A DNA stretch of 64,000 bases from a bacterium (GTDB lineage: Bacteria; Patescibacteriota; Patescibacteriia; Patescibacteriales; UBA12465): the NCBI GenBank assembly GCA_021806615.1, contig JAJZRB010000003.1, positions 2,766 to 66,765 on the forward strand, in the 5' to 3' direction. Both the position numbers and the translations under genes were made by a program. The notes under the pieces are model-generated. The model was not told the origin of the DNA. It saw only the letters and a list, made by a program, of their open reading frames with translations, and did not search any database. The first letter of the stretch is position 1; each line of letters starts with the position of its first letter. This document shows positions 19,252 through 29,685 of the stretch, in pieces.

Positions 19252-21021
19252 ATGACCAACCATATGAAAGAAGAAGCTAATCTAGAAACCAAGCGCCATT
19301 CCCTGTCGCATCTTTTAGCCTATGCGGTTAAGGAGATATGGCCGAACGTGAAATTGGCGATCGGGCCGGCGATTGAAAACGGCTTTTATTACGACCTGGA
19401 CTTTGACGAGGGCAAGATAGGCGAGAACGACTTGAAAGAAATAGAAAAGAAAATGAACTATCTCGCCAAGCAGAATCTGAAATTCGAGCGGAGCGAAAAG
19501 AATATTGACGCCGCTCTGGCTGAGGCCCGCGAAAAAAATGATATCTATAAGGCTGAGCTCATCGCCGACCTGAAGAAGCAGGGCGAGACCGTAGTCAGCT
19601 ATTACAGCGTCGGAAAATTCACCGACTTATGCCGCGGCCCGCATGTCGCTAATACCAATCAGATAAAGCCCGGGAGCTTCAAGCTCCAGAAGCTGGCCGG
19701 CGCTTATTGGCGCGGCGATGAAAAGAATAAGATGCTAACCCGTATCTACGGCTTGGCTTTTGAAACGAAGGAAGAATTGACCGCCTATCTCAACCTCTTG
19801 GCGGAAGCCGAAAAAAGAGACCATCGGAAACTAGGCAAAGAGCTCGGGCTATTCGTCTTTTCCGACCTAGTCGGGCCCGGCCTCCCTCTATATACCTTCA
19901 AAGGAGCGATCGTCAGGAAAGAGATTATCAATTACTCTAACGAACTGCAGGCGGCCATCGGCTACCAGGAAGTCCATACTCCAAATATGAATAAGGCCGA
20001 ATTATTCCGGGTCTCCGGCCATTATGAAAAATATAAGGAAGATATGTTCCGGGTAATCTCCAATTACAGCGATGAAGAATACTTCCTCAAGCCGATGAAT
20101 TGCCCCCAGCATACCCAGATCTATGCTTCCCAGTCCCGCAGTTACAAGGACCTGCCTATCCGCATCGCCGATTTCGCCAACCTTTACCGCGATGAACGGC
20201 CGGGCGAATTGAACGGGCTGACCCGCTTACGCTGTTTCTGCCAGGATGACGGCCATAGTTTCTGCCGCGAAGATCAGATCAAGGAAGAATTCACGGCCGT
20301 CCTCGGAGCGATAAAGAAAGCGATGCTGACTTACGGCATGGAATATAAGATCCGCTTGTCTCTCTGGGATCCCGGCCAGCCGGAAAAATATTTGGGCGAA
20401 CCGGCCGTTTGGGAAAAAGCCCAGAAGATCTTAGAAGACATCTTGCTGGAGAATAAAGTTGATTTCTTCAAAGCGGTCGGCGAGGCCGCGATTTACGGTC
20501 CGAAAATGGATCTGATTTCCCAAGACTCTTTAGGCCGGGAGTGGCAGATATCCACTATCCAATTAGATTTCATCATGCCGCAGAGATTCCAGCTGGAGTA
20601 TACCGATTCGGACGGCAAGAAAAAGACTCCGGTGATGGTCCATCGCGCGATAATCGGCTCTCCGGAAAGATTCCTGGGCGTCATTATCGAGCATTATGCC
20701 GGCGCATTTCCGGTTTGGCTCGCGCCAGTCCAAGTCAAGATAGTCTCGGTGGCCGAAACCCATATCGCCGCGAGCGAAAAGCTGGCTGATGAATTCCGAT
20801 CTGTCGGCATCCGCGTGGAAGTGGATGACGCGAACGAAACGGTCGGCAACAAGATAAGGAAAGCGGCCAATGAAAAAGTTCCCTATATGCTCGTTATCGG
20901 CGATAAGGAAAGCGGCGCGGCGGCTCTTAGCGTCCGCGATCGCGGCGCCAAAGAAACGCGGGAAATAAAAAAAGAAAAATTCATCGCCGAAGTCCTGGAC
21001 AAGATAAAAAACCGCGCCTAG
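19252..21021 (+). CDS. thrS: Threonyl-tRNA synthetase
   Basis: 589 aa with SAD-domain HxxxH (RHSLSHLLA), class II motifs (FRDERPGEL, GAFPVWLAP) and an anticodon-binding C-terminus. The start may be the downstream MKEE. Confidence 0.9.
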   Translation: MTNHMKEEANLETKRHSLSHLLAYAVKEIWPNVKLAIGPAIENGFYYDLDFDEGKIGENDLKEIEKKMNYLAKQNLKFERSEKNIDAALAEAREKNDIYKAELIADLKKQGETVVSYYSVGKFTDLCRGPHVANTNQIKPGSFKLQKLAGAYWRGDEKNKMLTRIYGLAFETKEELTAYLNLLAEAEKRDHRKLGKELGLFVFSDLVGPGLPLYTFKGAIVRKEIINYSNELQAAIGYQEVHTPNMNKAELFRVSGHYEKYKEDMFRVISNYSDEEYFLKPMNCPQHTQIYASQSRSYKDLPIRIADFANLYRDERPGELNGLTRLRCFCQDDGHSFCREDQIKEEFTAVLGAIKKAMLTYGMEYKIRLSLWDPGQPEKYLGEPAVWEKAQKILEDILLENKVDFFKAVGEAAIYGPKMDLISQDSLGREWQISTIQLDFIMPQRFQLEYTDSDGKKKTPVMVHRAIIGSPERFLGVIIEHYAGAFPVWLAPVQVKIVSVAETHIAASEKLADEFRSVGIRVEVDDANETVGNKIRKAANEKVPYMLVIGDKESGAAALSVRDRGAKETREIKKEKFIAEVLDKIKNRA

Positions 21022-21054
21022 ACCGAAACTGCCAAAAAATGTTATGATAGACAT

Positions 21055-21402
21055 ATGAAAAATCTGAAAAAATACCAAACGCTTATCATAGTTATCATCG
21101 TCCTCTTGATTATCGGCGGCGCGGTCTTCTTCCTGCGCCAGCCGAAAATGATCCTCTTCTATAGCGAAACCTGTCCCCACTGCAAGATAGTCGAGGATTA
21201 TATCGCCGCTAATCATATCAAGGATAGATATCAATTCCGGGAACTAGAAGTCTCTCAGGATCAAGCTAACGCCGCTCTCCTGGCCAAAAAAGCCAGCCAA
21301 TGCGGCTTAGACCCGAACCAGGGGCTCGGCGTTCCCTTCTTCTTTGACGGCGAAAAATGCTTAATGGGCGATCAGGAAATAATCGACTATTTTAAGAAAT
21401 AA
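21055..21402 (+). CDS. Membrane-anchored thioredoxin/glutaredoxin-fold protein
   Basis: N-terminal TM, then a CPHC active-site motif (FYSETCPHCKIVEDY). Confidence 0.65.
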   Translation: MKNLKKYQTLIIVIIVLLIIGGAVFFLRQPKMILFYSETCPHCKIVEDYIAANHIKDRYQFRELEVSQDQANAALLAKKASQCGLDPNQGLGVPFFFDGEKCLMGDQEIIDYFKK

Positions 21403-21449
21403 GGCTTAAAACGGCCGGCCTCGCTCCGGCGAGGCGCCGCACCAATATT

Positions 21450-21956
21450 ATGAAAAGACTACTTTATATACTGACGCCCGCTTTATTCCTGGCCGCTCTT
21501 CCCGCGCGGGCGGTCTGTCCCGTTTGCGTCATCGCCGTCGGCGCGGGCTTAGGACTGAGCGAATATCTGGGCATTGACAATACCATCGCCGGCCTTTGGA
21601 TAGGCGGTCTCTTAGTCGCTACGGCCGCCTGGACCATCAATTGGCTAAATAAAAAAAATTGGCTCAGCGGCAGTAAGAATCTGCGCGACGCTTTGGTCGT
21701 CATCCTCTACTACGGCCTGACTTTCTGGCCTCTCTGGGAAAAGAACTTGATCGGCCAGCCGGCGAGTCGCCTCTGGGGGATAGACAAGGTCATGCTCGGG
21801 ACATTTATCGGCAGTGCGGCCTTCCTGGCCATGACGCTCTGGTATAATAGTATGAAGAAACGCCGTGGCCAGGCGCACTTCCCCTACGAAAAAGTCGTCA
21901 TGCCGGTCAGCGTTCTGATTCTTCTGAGCTTCGTCTTTTATCTTATAACCTATTAA
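21450..21956 (+). CDS. Integral membrane protein, function unknown
   Basis: Signal-like N-terminus with CPVC, then four or more hydrophobic segments. Confidence 0.45.
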   Translation: MKRLLYILTPALFLAALPARAVCPVCVIAVGAGLGLSEYLGIDNTIAGLWIGGLLVATAAWTINWLNKKNWLSGSKNLRDALVVILYYGLTFWPLWEKNLIGQPASRLWGIDKVMLGTFIGSAAFLAMTLWYNSMKKRRGQAHFPYEKVVMPVSVLILLSFVFYLITY

Positions 21957-21966
21957 GAATAACCAT

Positions 21967-22488
21967 ATGACAGAAAATATCTTAAGCCTCCAGGAGATGA
22001 TTGAAAAAGTCGATAAGCTGAAGAAAGATAATGTCCTGGACCTTTCTTCTGACCAGGACCTTAGTATCGCTATCATGAACCTGGTCAGCATTGAAGAACA
22101 TTTCTTCTTTACCGGATCTAAGACCGGCAATCCGAAATATTATGATTTATTGGCTGAGGTGCGGGAGATGCGCAAATCTCTCTTAAAGAGGATAATCAAG
22201 GAATACGAGGGCGAAGTCTGGTGCATTTCCAAGCACCTATTAGCCGCCTCCTATCGCTTGATGGAAGTCGGGACCAAGGCCCAGGGCAAGGGGCAATCTG
22301 AAGACGCCCAGGAAATGTTCAAAAAAGCTTACGACCTCTATTCCCTGTTCTGGGGATTGAACATGAAATTAATAGATCTGGGCACCGTCAAAAAGATAGA
22401 CGACGACGCTTTGAATACTAAAAAAAAGGGCCTAGCCGGACGGCTGGGCGAACTGGTCAAAAAAGTCGTGGACTGCTGTATTGAATAG
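21967..22488 (+). CDS. Hypothetical protein
   Basis: 173-aa ORF tightly spaced after the preceding gene. No recognisable motif. Confidence 0.4.
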   Translation: MTENILSLQEMIEKVDKLKKDNVLDLSSDQDLSIAIMNLVSIEEHFFFTGSKTGNPKYYDLLAEVREMRKSLLKRIIKEYEGEVWCISKHLLAASYRLMEVGTKAQGKGQSEDAQEMFKKAYDLYSLFWGLNMKLIDLGTVKKIDDDALNTKKKGLAGRLGELVKKVVDCCIE

Positions 22489-22489
22489 G

Positions 22490-23191
22490 CTATTTGCTAA
22501 TCACGATCATATTCTTCTCCAGGGGGCCGAACGGCAGCTTATTGCCGGTCTTATAATCGCGTATGGCATCAAAGAAGATTTTCTCTGGATAACGATAGCT
22601 CTCGCCATATCTGGTACCAGGATCATTGGTGATGAACTCCTTAGACGCATAGTCATAACCTTTGACGAGGACCATGTGGCGCTCCGGGCCGGGCGCGCTA
22701 TAGTGAGGATTTTTCAGTTTCCGGCCATTCATCGGCGTCAGGACGATATTTCCCTTCTCTAATTCAGAGATTATATCCGCGGCCTTAGCCACCGACCTAA
22801 CGGCCGCTTTTTGATAATGGAAATAATCCTTAAATAGCCAGGCGACGATATTGTGAAGAGCGACATCCCGATACTCGCCATATTTTTTATTTTCAAAAGT
22901 AGACAAGATAAGGATCCTTAATCGCCAATCCGCCCGGCTGATATTCTTTTCCCCGCCGACGAAAGCCATGGCCATGGCCGCCGAAGCTTCTTCGCAGCCG
23001 TCCTGTTGTCTTTCATCCCTCCATTCGCCGAGCGGCGCCTGGGATGTAAAAGGTACCGGGAGGTTCAGGATCTTCTGAGAACCTGCGGCCGGGAAAGAGG
23101 CCGCCGCCTGGACGCCAGAAGGCGCGGATACCGGCAGGAGGCTCGCGCTTATCACGATAAACGAAATAATGATATTCTGGGCTCTCTTCAT
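22490..23191 (-). CDS. Secreted C39-like cysteine peptidase family protein
   Basis: Signal peptide, then FTSQAPLGEW...QDGCEEASAAMA resembling the Peptidase_C39_2 Q...C catalytic region. Confidence 0.5.
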   Translation of the reverse strand: MKRAQNIIISFIVISASLLPVSAPSGVQAAASFPAAGSQKILNLPVPFTSQAPLGEWRDERQQDGCEEASAAMAMAFVGGEKNISRADWRLRILILSTFENKKYGEYRDVALHNIVAWLFKDYFHYQKAAVRSVAKAADIISELEKGNIVLTPMNGRKLKNPHYSAPGPERHMVLVKGYDYASKEFITNDPGTRYGESYRYPEKIFFDAIRDYKTGNKLPFGPLEKNMIVISK

Positions 23192-23424
23192 AAAAAATTT
23201 TTCTTAACCCGTTCTCTGTCGGCCGCTATTTGCTTTTCCGTCCAATATCTTTCATTCTCGCTGTCTATCACTTTCTCAATATATTCGTGATGCGAAATCT
23301 TACGCCGGGCCGGACGGCGGCGCCATCTATCCAGGCGATCGGCCAGGTTGATGAATTTTTTCTCCTTGCCGAGTACGTAGCTGATATAGCTTAATAGTAA
23401 TAAGACGCCGATGACTTGTTCCAT
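23188..23424 (-). CDS. Small membrane protein, hypothetical
   Basis: 78 aa with an N-terminal TM. Overlaps the downstream gene start by 4 nt. Confidence 0.35.
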   Translation of the reverse strand: MEQVIGVLLLLSYISYVLGKEKKFINLADRLDRWRRRPARRKISHHEYIEKVIDSENERYWTEKQIAADRERVKKNFL

Positions 23425-23429
23425 ATGAT

Positions 23430-24797
23430 TTATTTTTCTTTTATGGCGGCAGAAGGCGCCGCGGCCGCTAAAATTTCTTCCTTGGTGCTGCCTGGCTTAT
23501 AGATTATCAGGTCTTCGCTATCCATTTCCCAGGCGCGCTGGACAGCGTCTAGTATCCGCCAAGTTTCCAGGACTTCGTCGCTCGTCGTGAACAGGCTGTG
23601 ATCGGAATTAAAAGCATTGAACAAGACCTGCTCATAGGCATCCGGGAGGTTAGCATAATATTCTTGGAAAGCGAATTTCAAAGGATGCCGGCTGACCGCA
23701 TGATCATAACCGGGGCGCTTGGCAAAAAGACAGAGTTCCACTCCTTCGTCCGGCTGCAGATGCAAAGTCAGCTGGTTAGCTTCATCTTCTTTCTCCTGCC
23801 GGTAAGAAATGATTATTCCGGTGAATTTCCGATCCAAGGCTTTCCCGGTAGTCAGCGTTATAGGCACGCCGCGCCACTTTGGATCATCCGACTCCAGGCT
23901 TAAGGAGACGAAGGTTTCCACGGCGCTGCCGATATTCTTAACTTCGGCCTGATAACCTTCATACTGCCCGCGGCGAGCGTAATCGGTCGCTGGCGCGCCT
24001 TCCGGAAAATGGAGCTGACGCAAGGCGGCTAAGCGGCGAATAGGTATTTCTTCTGTCTTATCATCCGAAGAAATGTCCATCAAAGCCAAGGCGGCGAGCT
24101 GCAGCAAATGGCTCTGGACCAGGTCGCGCAGCGCGCCCGTTTGTTCATAAAAGACCGCCCGGCCTTCAATCCCGATTTCTTCAGTGGCGACTATCTCTAG
24201 GCGGGAAATAAAATCCCGATTCCAAGTTTTTTTAAATAAAGCGTTATTCTTCCGAAAGATTATTATATTCTGCGCCGTCTCTCTGGCTAAATAATGGTCG
24301 ATGCGGTAAATCTGGTCCGCCTGGAAATACTGGCCGATATATTGGACTAATTCCGCGGCGCTTCCCAGATCAACGCCGAAAGGCTTCTCCAATAATAATT
24401 TAGCCTGACCGAGAGCGGCTAAGCCGGAAACGCCGAGCCTCTCTATTATCGGCCGGGAAACTTGCGGCGGGACGGCTAGATAGAATAGGCGCTGAGCCGG
24501 CTGTCCTAATTCATCTTCTATCTTACTCAGCTCCGCCTTTAATTTCTCATAATCTTCGTCCGCGGTCAGATCCATCGCGAAGAGCTGGATATGCTCGCGC
24601 AAATAAGCGGTCTTTTTGGTTTTAGTAAAGAGGCTGTCAACCTTGATATCCGGTCGGCGAGTAATCCCTAAAATACGGAAGTGATCTGGCAGCGCGCCGG
24701 CGGCCGCCATCTGGCTTATCGCCGGCAATAGCTTGCGGACAGACAAATCTCCGGTTACCCCGATGATGATCAGTATTGTCGCTTGAGATGCTTTCAT
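23430..24797 (-). CDS. zwf: Glucose-6-phosphate 1-dehydrogenase
   Basis: GVTGDLSVRKLLPA dinucleotide-binding motif and the active-site RIDHYLARE (consensus RIDHYLGKE). Confidence 0.9.
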   Translation of the reverse strand: MKASQATILIIIGVTGDLSVRKLLPAISQMAAAGALPDHFRILGITRRPDIKVDSLFTKTKKTAYLREHIQLFAMDLTADEDYEKLKAELSKIEDELGQPAQRLFYLAVPPQVSRPIIERLGVSGLAALGQAKLLLEKPFGVDLGSAAELVQYIGQYFQADQIYRIDHYLARETAQNIIIFRKNNALFKKTWNRDFISRLEIVATEEIGIEGRAVFYEQTGALRDLVQSHLLQLAALALMDISSDDKTEEIPIRRLAALRQLHFPEGAPATDYARRGQYEGYQAEVKNIGSAVETFVSLSLESDDPKWRGVPITLTTGKALDRKFTGIIISYRQEKEDEANQLTLHLQPDEGVELCLFAKRPGYDHAVSRHPLKFAFQEYYANLPDAYEQVLFNAFNSDHSLFTTSDEVLETWRILDAVQRAWEMDSEDLIIYKPGSTKEEILAAAAPSAAIKEK

Positions 24798-24829
24798 GAT
24801 TTGATGATCTTATATTCGATGATCTTTTG

Positions 24830-25732
24830 TTATTTATTCAATTTATGCCCGCCGAAAGCCTGGCGCATGGCCGCGAGCAGCTTAGTCGCGAAATTAATTT
24901 GCCCCTTTTGCGACGCCAGACGGACATCAAAGGCCGCTTGGATGGAGGGCATATCAATATTCAGTTCTTTGGCCGCCTGAAGCGCCCAGCGCGCCTCGCC
25001 CGATTCCGCTACATAACCGTCAACACCTTTTAGCTCCGGATTCTCCCGCAGAGCATCGCGCGTCAATTCGTTCAGCCAGGAGGTGATGACGCTATGATGC
25101 TGCCAGACTTCGCCGGCCGCCGCTAAATCTAAATTATCATAAGGACCTTCTTTCAACAAGCGGTAGCCTTCGGCCAAGCTTTCCATCATGCCGTATTCAA
25201 TGGCATTATGGACCATTTTTACATAATGGCCGGCACCGGCCGGACCGAAAAATTGATAGGCGCCGGCAGGGGCTGCTAGAATTTTCAAAATCGGCTCAAT
25301 AGTGCGATAAGCCAGCTCCGTACCGCCGGCCATCATGGAAAAACCATTCTGGTATCCCCAGACGCCGCCGCTCGTCCCGACATCCAAGAGAATGCTGCCC
25401 TTCTCCGCGACCAAGGCGGCTTGCGTCTTAGTATCCCGAAAATCAGAATTGCCGCCGTCTATCAGGATGCTTCCGGCCGGGACCAGTTTCAACCATTCCA
25501 CTAATTCGCTCGGAACAGCCGAAGCCGGGACCATGAGCCAGACGATGATCGTTTCATCCTTGAAGAAACTGACGGCCTCTTCTTTGGAATAAGCCGGCAA
25601 TAGGCCGAGAGCTTTCATTTCGTCAACCGATTCGCGGCTGCGATTATGGGCGACGACTGTCTGCCCGCCCTCATGTAGCTTGCGGGCGATCTGGCCGCCC
25701 ATTTTTCCTAATCCGCTAATTATTATTTTCAT
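24830..25732 (-). CDS. gnd: 6-phosphogluconate dehydrogenase, short (about 300 aa) decarboxylating form
   Basis: MKIIISGLGKMGGQIARKL Rossmann motif and GHYVKMVHNAIEYG signature. Confidence 0.8.
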   Translation of the reverse strand: MKIIISGLGKMGGQIARKLHEGGQTVVAHNRSRESVDEMKALGLLPAYSKEEAVSFFKDETIIVWLMVPASAVPSELVEWLKLVPAGSILIDGGNSDFRDTKTQAALVAEKGSILLDVGTSGGVWGYQNGFSMMAGGTELAYRTIEPILKILAAPAGAYQFFGPAGAGHYVKMVHNAIEYGMMESLAEGYRLLKEGPYDNLDLAAAGEVWQHHSVITSWLNELTRDALRENPELKGVDGYVAESGEARWALQAAKELNIDMPSIQAAFDVRLASQKGQINFATKLLAAMRQAFGGHKLNK

Positions 25733-26384
25733 ATTGGTAATCGCTAAATATAGTTGATTGACCAGCTTGCTTCAACGCTTGCGCCGGTTGTTTATTAATT
25801 TCTAGATTTTCCTTCAGTTGCATTAAAGCGGGCCATTTTTCTCGTCCGACCGCATAGACGACCGCTTCGCTCAAACGGCCTATGACGCGGGGGGTAATAG
25901 TAATACGCTGGAAAGGCCCGGCTTCATAGAAACAGGCCGGATCCGGAGAAGAGACGGCCGGACTGGACGGCAGAATGCCGGCGGTATGCCCGTCGGCGCC
26001 GAGACCGAATAATCCGGCAATATGATCGGATCGCTCTAATTCCTGCGCTAAGAATTTACTGAAAGAACGGACAGTATCACTTTGGCTCGCGCCGCTTAAA
26101 ACTGGAAAAGATTCCGCCTGCGGAAGGCTGAATCCGGCCGCTAATAGCTGGCGCCAATTAGAGTCAGCGTGGCCGACAGCGCCATAGCGTTCATCAGTCA
26201 AAGTGACCGCTAATCTATGATGCGGATAAAGAGCGATCTTTTGGGCGGCTAAGACAGCCACACTGATAGCTGAGCCGCCCGGCACGAGCCACAAGACCCT
26301 CTTGCCCTTTTTTAAAGCGCTGATAATAGGCTGAGCGATAAAATCAGCCGCCTCGGATATATTTTTAAAATTTCTAAAATCCAT
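25716..26384 (-). CDS. pgl: 6-phosphogluconolactonase
   Basis: GGSAISV, LTDERYG and GLGADGHTAGILP motifs of the 6PGL/NagB family. Adjacent to gnd and zwf. Confidence 0.75.
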   Translation of the reverse strand: MDFRNFKNISEAADFIAQPIISALKKGKRVLWLVPGGSAISVAVLAAQKIALYPHHRLAVTLTDERYGAVGHADSNWRQLLAAGFSLPQAESFPVLSGASQSDTVRSFSKFLAQELERSDHIAGLFGLGADGHTAGILPSSPAVSSPDPACFYEAGPFQRITITPRVIGRLSEAVVYAVGREKWPALMQLKENLEINKQPAQALKQAGQSTIFSDYQYENNN

Positions 26385-26385
26385 A

Positions 26386-27918
26386 TCATTTTATTATATG
26401 GATGACGCCCCCGCTAGCATCAACCTCTATCAAGTCCCCGTCGTGCAGAGTCGCCGTGGCTCCTTGAACGCCGACTAAGCTCGGTATTTTCAATTCGCGC
26501 GAAACGATGGCGGCGTGGCAGGTCAAGCCGCCTTCCTCGGAAACTATGGCGCCGGCCATTTTCATGATTGGCATATATTCCGGCCGCGTGTTCGGCGCGA
26601 CCAGAATGTTCCCCGGCCGCATCTTTGAAAAATCATGCTTATCTTTTATTATCCTGACTATTCCCCGAACCAGGCCCGGACAAGCCGGCTGGCCGCGGAA
26701 ACCGTTCTTAGCCACTGATCTAGCCTTAAGTTCTTGATCAAAACGCACGATATCCTTGCCAAAAAACTCCGTAAACTGCGCAGGGCCGACGATGTGGCAG
26801 AAAGCCGGAGTCTGCCGGCGCCGCTTAGCTAAACGATCCAAAAAAACCTTGCTTTGTCGTAAATCAAATAACTCCCAAAAAAATAGATGCTCCAAATCGG
26901 TCGCCGACAGTTTTTCGCGGCGGGCGAATTCCCTGACGAATTTAAGCAAGACGCGGGAAGCCATCTGATTATAGCTTTTCCGGGCATCGCGGAAATTACC
27001 TAAGAGCCCCAGATAACGGCCGCAATCCGCTAAATCCTGGCTTAAACCATATCGGCGGATAATGCTCGCCTGACGGCGGCTTAAAAGAGCCAATTCCCTC
27101 TTCATCTCTCTTTCCTCGCGCAGCTTCTCGCTATCTATGACCAAGCGCCTCACCTGCCGATAATAATAGGCGGGCGATAAATATTCTACGCTCGTAAAAT
27201 CGTTTATCAGCCAATGGAAATCCCGGCTTATTTTTTCCAGCTCTTCCCTCAGCCAGAAGAATTTATCGGGCAAGGCGGTCAAGCTCCGGCCGCGTCTTAT
27301 CGCCGCCGCGTCTTTCGGCCGGATAAGTATCCGTTCTGTGAGGCGCAAGATAGCCAAACGTGAATTCTGGGAAAATGAGGGGCGGGGCGGAGCCGTTAAG
27401 ATAGCCGAGTCCGCGGATGAAAGCGCCAGCGCTCTTTCGTCTTTCCTTTTCTCCGACTCCAATATTATCTCTCCATAATAGTCGTAAGCATCCAAGAAAA
27501 TCGCTTCCTGCCACAGACGCAGATAAACATCCGAATAGTCCCTAAAAATCCCAAACAGATCTCCGTCCGGCAAGCTGCGCAAATCAGCGCCCAATAAACG
27601 CCGATTGAAGGCCAGATAAGGACGGACGAAGTCCCGGCGCCAAGCGGCCATGAACTCAGCCATGAACCCGCGATCGGCCTTCTGCCGGCCGTAATAATAA
27701 AGAGCCACCTGCCGCAAGGACTTCTTGGATAAATAATCATCCATGAAATCCTTGGTAAAGGTGGCTTGAAGGTTATATCTGACGGGTATCTTTTTTCGGC
27801 CGATTCTGAAATCTAAACAAGCAAAAAAAGGATAAGAAATATATAAACGTTTGGCGGCGGCGGCCTGTAAATACCAGTCCTCACGCCGCAGACGAGTTTT
27901 GACTTGCGAAAAAGTCAT
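26386..27918 (-). CDS. Protein with a C-terminal PEP-utilizing-enzyme mobile (phosphohistidine swivel) domain
   Basis: C-terminal GGLTCHAAIVSRELKIPSLVG swivel-domain motif. The N-terminal roughly 400 aa have no motif I recognise. Confidence 0.6.
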   Translation of the reverse strand: MTFSQVKTRLRREDWYLQAAAAKRLYISYPFFACLDFRIGRKKIPVRYNLQATFTKDFMDDYLSKKSLRQVALYYYGRQKADRGFMAEFMAAWRRDFVRPYLAFNRRLLGADLRSLPDGDLFGIFRDYSDVYLRLWQEAIFLDAYDYYGEIILESEKRKDERALALSSADSAILTAPPRPSFSQNSRLAILRLTERILIRPKDAAAIRRGRSLTALPDKFFWLREELEKISRDFHWLINDFTSVEYLSPAYYYRQVRRLVIDSEKLREEREMKRELALLSRRQASIIRRYGLSQDLADCGRYLGLLGNFRDARKSYNQMASRVLLKFVREFARREKLSATDLEHLFFWELFDLRQSKVFLDRLAKRRRQTPAFCHIVGPAQFTEFFGKDIVRFDQELKARSVAKNGFRGQPACPGLVRGIVRIIKDKHDFSKMRPGNILVAPNTRPEYMPIMKMAGAIVSEEGGLTCHAAIVSRELKIPSLVGVQGATATLHDGDLIEVDASGGVIHIIK

Positions 27919-27937
27919 ATAGCTCTGGACCTTTATC

Positions 27938-28519
27938 TTAAACCATCTGGCGATAAAACTCTAATACTTTAGCCACATCCACTTCTTGCGGCAGATCGCC
28001 TGCGGCCGGCTGTCCTAAAAATTTTCCACCATGATTATCATAAAGCAAGTGCCCGAACATGACTCCGGCTTGCCGATTATTTTCCATGTCCGTTAAGAAC
28101 GCCGGTTTCTTCAAGAGTTTAGCATTAGCGCTGACCGTCTGTCCGGACTTCAGGATATAGGAAGGGATATCAACTTTTTTCCCATCAACTAATATATGGC
28201 CATGGTTCACCAGCTGGCGAGCCCCTCCCCGCGTTTTACTCAGTCCGAGACGGAAGACGATGTTGTCCAGACGGCTTTCCAGCGTCTGTAATAATTCTAC
28301 CGGCAGGTCTCCGCGATGCTCGAAGACTTCGCGCACATAGCGCTTCATCTGGCGCTCCATGACGCCATAAATGAATTTCAACTTCTGCTTTTCTTCCAAA
28401 CGGGCGGCATAATCCGACTTCCGGCGCGGCTTAACCTGCTGGCGGCGGATACTGGCGCTCATAGGCGCAAGGCCGAATTTCTGCTTCTTGCGCAGTTTCG
28501 GTCCGATATATCTACTCAT
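27938..28519 (-). CDS. rpsD: 30S ribosomal protein S4
   Basis: MSRYIGPKLRKKQKFG N-terminus and an S4 RNA-binding domain (RLDNIVFRLGL...ARQLVNHGHILVDGKKV). Confidence 0.9.
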   Translation of the reverse strand: MSRYIGPKLRKKQKFGLAPMSASIRRQQVKPRRKSDYAARLEEKQKLKFIYGVMERQMKRYVREVFEHRGDLPVELLQTLESRLDNIVFRLGLSKTRGGARQLVNHGHILVDGKKVDIPSYILKSGQTVSANAKLLKKPAFLTDMENNRQAGVMFGHLLYDNHGGKFLGQPAAGDLPQEVDVAKVLEFYRQMV

Positions 28520-28644
28520 AAAATTTATGAAATTAATGATTAGTTTATAAAACCAATATTTATAGTACGAAGGCGGCTTAAATTATCTTTAAGCCGGCGC
28601 AACGTGCCATGATAATAACAGAAATAAAAAAATTTTGCTAGTGT

Positions 28645-29082
28645 TCAGCTTAGATCCATTGACAAGAATATTGCTATTTCCCGCGCTTGGTTAGAGTAAT
28701 AACGGTCATTATAACCACATTTACGAAAACCGTTCTTCTTATATAGCTTGAGGACTGGGTTTGAGGACGGCGCCTCGGCTATCAGCGATCTGACCCTTTT
28801 CCCCCGAGCTAAAACTATAAGCCTCTGCACCAATTTATCGGCTAACCCTTGCCGCCGATAGTCCGGATGAACAAAGATATCGATTATCTTGGCCGTATTA
28901 TTCCAGCGGCTCAAATGAAGCCCGGAAAAAGCGATTATTTCCTGGCCGTGTTCTATAACCAGCAACGTATCCTCTCGACTTTCTGCCAACGCCTTAAAAT
29001 CTCGCGCTTCGTGAAAATATTTCTTATTCAAGCGCTTGATCTGGACTAAGTCGGATATCTTGGCTTTCCTGATTTTTATCAT
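28645..29082 (-). CDS. GNAT-family N-acetyltransferase
   Basis: HPDYRRQGLADKL acetyl-CoA-binding motif; 145 aa. Confidence 0.75.
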   Translation of the reverse strand: MIKIRKAKISDLVQIKRLNKKYFHEARDFKALAESREDTLLVIEHGQEIIAFSGLHLSRWNNTAKIIDIFVHPDYRRQGLADKLVQRLIVLARGKRVRSLIAEAPSSNPVLKLYKKNGFRKCGYNDRYYSNQAREIAIFLSMDLS

Positions 29083-29094
29083 ATTATTTATCTT

Positions 29095-29685
29095 TCAGAT
29101 ATTTGCGCCAATGAATTCCTGAAATCTTTTAAGCCCTGAATGGGGATCCTCCCAACAGATAGTAGCCATACCGAGCTCGCTGGCCTCATCAATATTTTCC
29201 GGAGAATCATCCATGAATAAACAATCTTCCGGCTTGACGCCCAACTTCTGCGTCGCTAGCTCATAAATACGCGGATCAGGCTTTCTGACGCCCTCGATGG
29301 CCGAGGATACGAAGACGTCAAAAATATCATCCAGATGATATTTATCTTTAAATTTAGGCAGTGTCAAAGACGTCCCATTATTGACGACAGCCAATTTATA
29401 TCTTTTCCTTATGGCGGGAAGCAGTGCCCAGAGAGGTTCGAACGGTTCATACTTATCAATAATCCGATCTAAGATAAGATTAAATCCATCTTCATTAAGA
29501 TTATATCTTTTAATCGTTTCATTCTTGAATAGCCTATCATCAATTATTTCCCCGATGGCGCGGTCGATTTCATCTATTATCGTATCCTGCTTATAATCAG
29601 CTCGAGAAAAAAGTAAAACGCCCATGAAATCGAAGAGAATAGCTTTAATTTTTTTAGGTTTAGCGGACATATGGCGGATGGTCAA
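29095..29685 (-). CDS. HAD-superfamily hydrolase
   Basis: Motif I AILFDFMGVL, motif III K, motif IV FMDDSPENI. Confidence 0.75.
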   Translation of the reverse strand: MTIRHMSAKPKKIKAILFDFMGVLLFSRADYKQDTIIDEIDRAIGEIIDDRLFKNETIKRYNLNEDGFNLILDRIIDKYEPFEPLWALLPAIRKRYKLAVVNNGTSLTLPKFKDKYHLDDIFDVFVSSAIEGVRKPDPRIYELATQKLGVKPEDCLFMDDSPENIDEASELGMATICWEDPHSGLKRFQEFIGANI

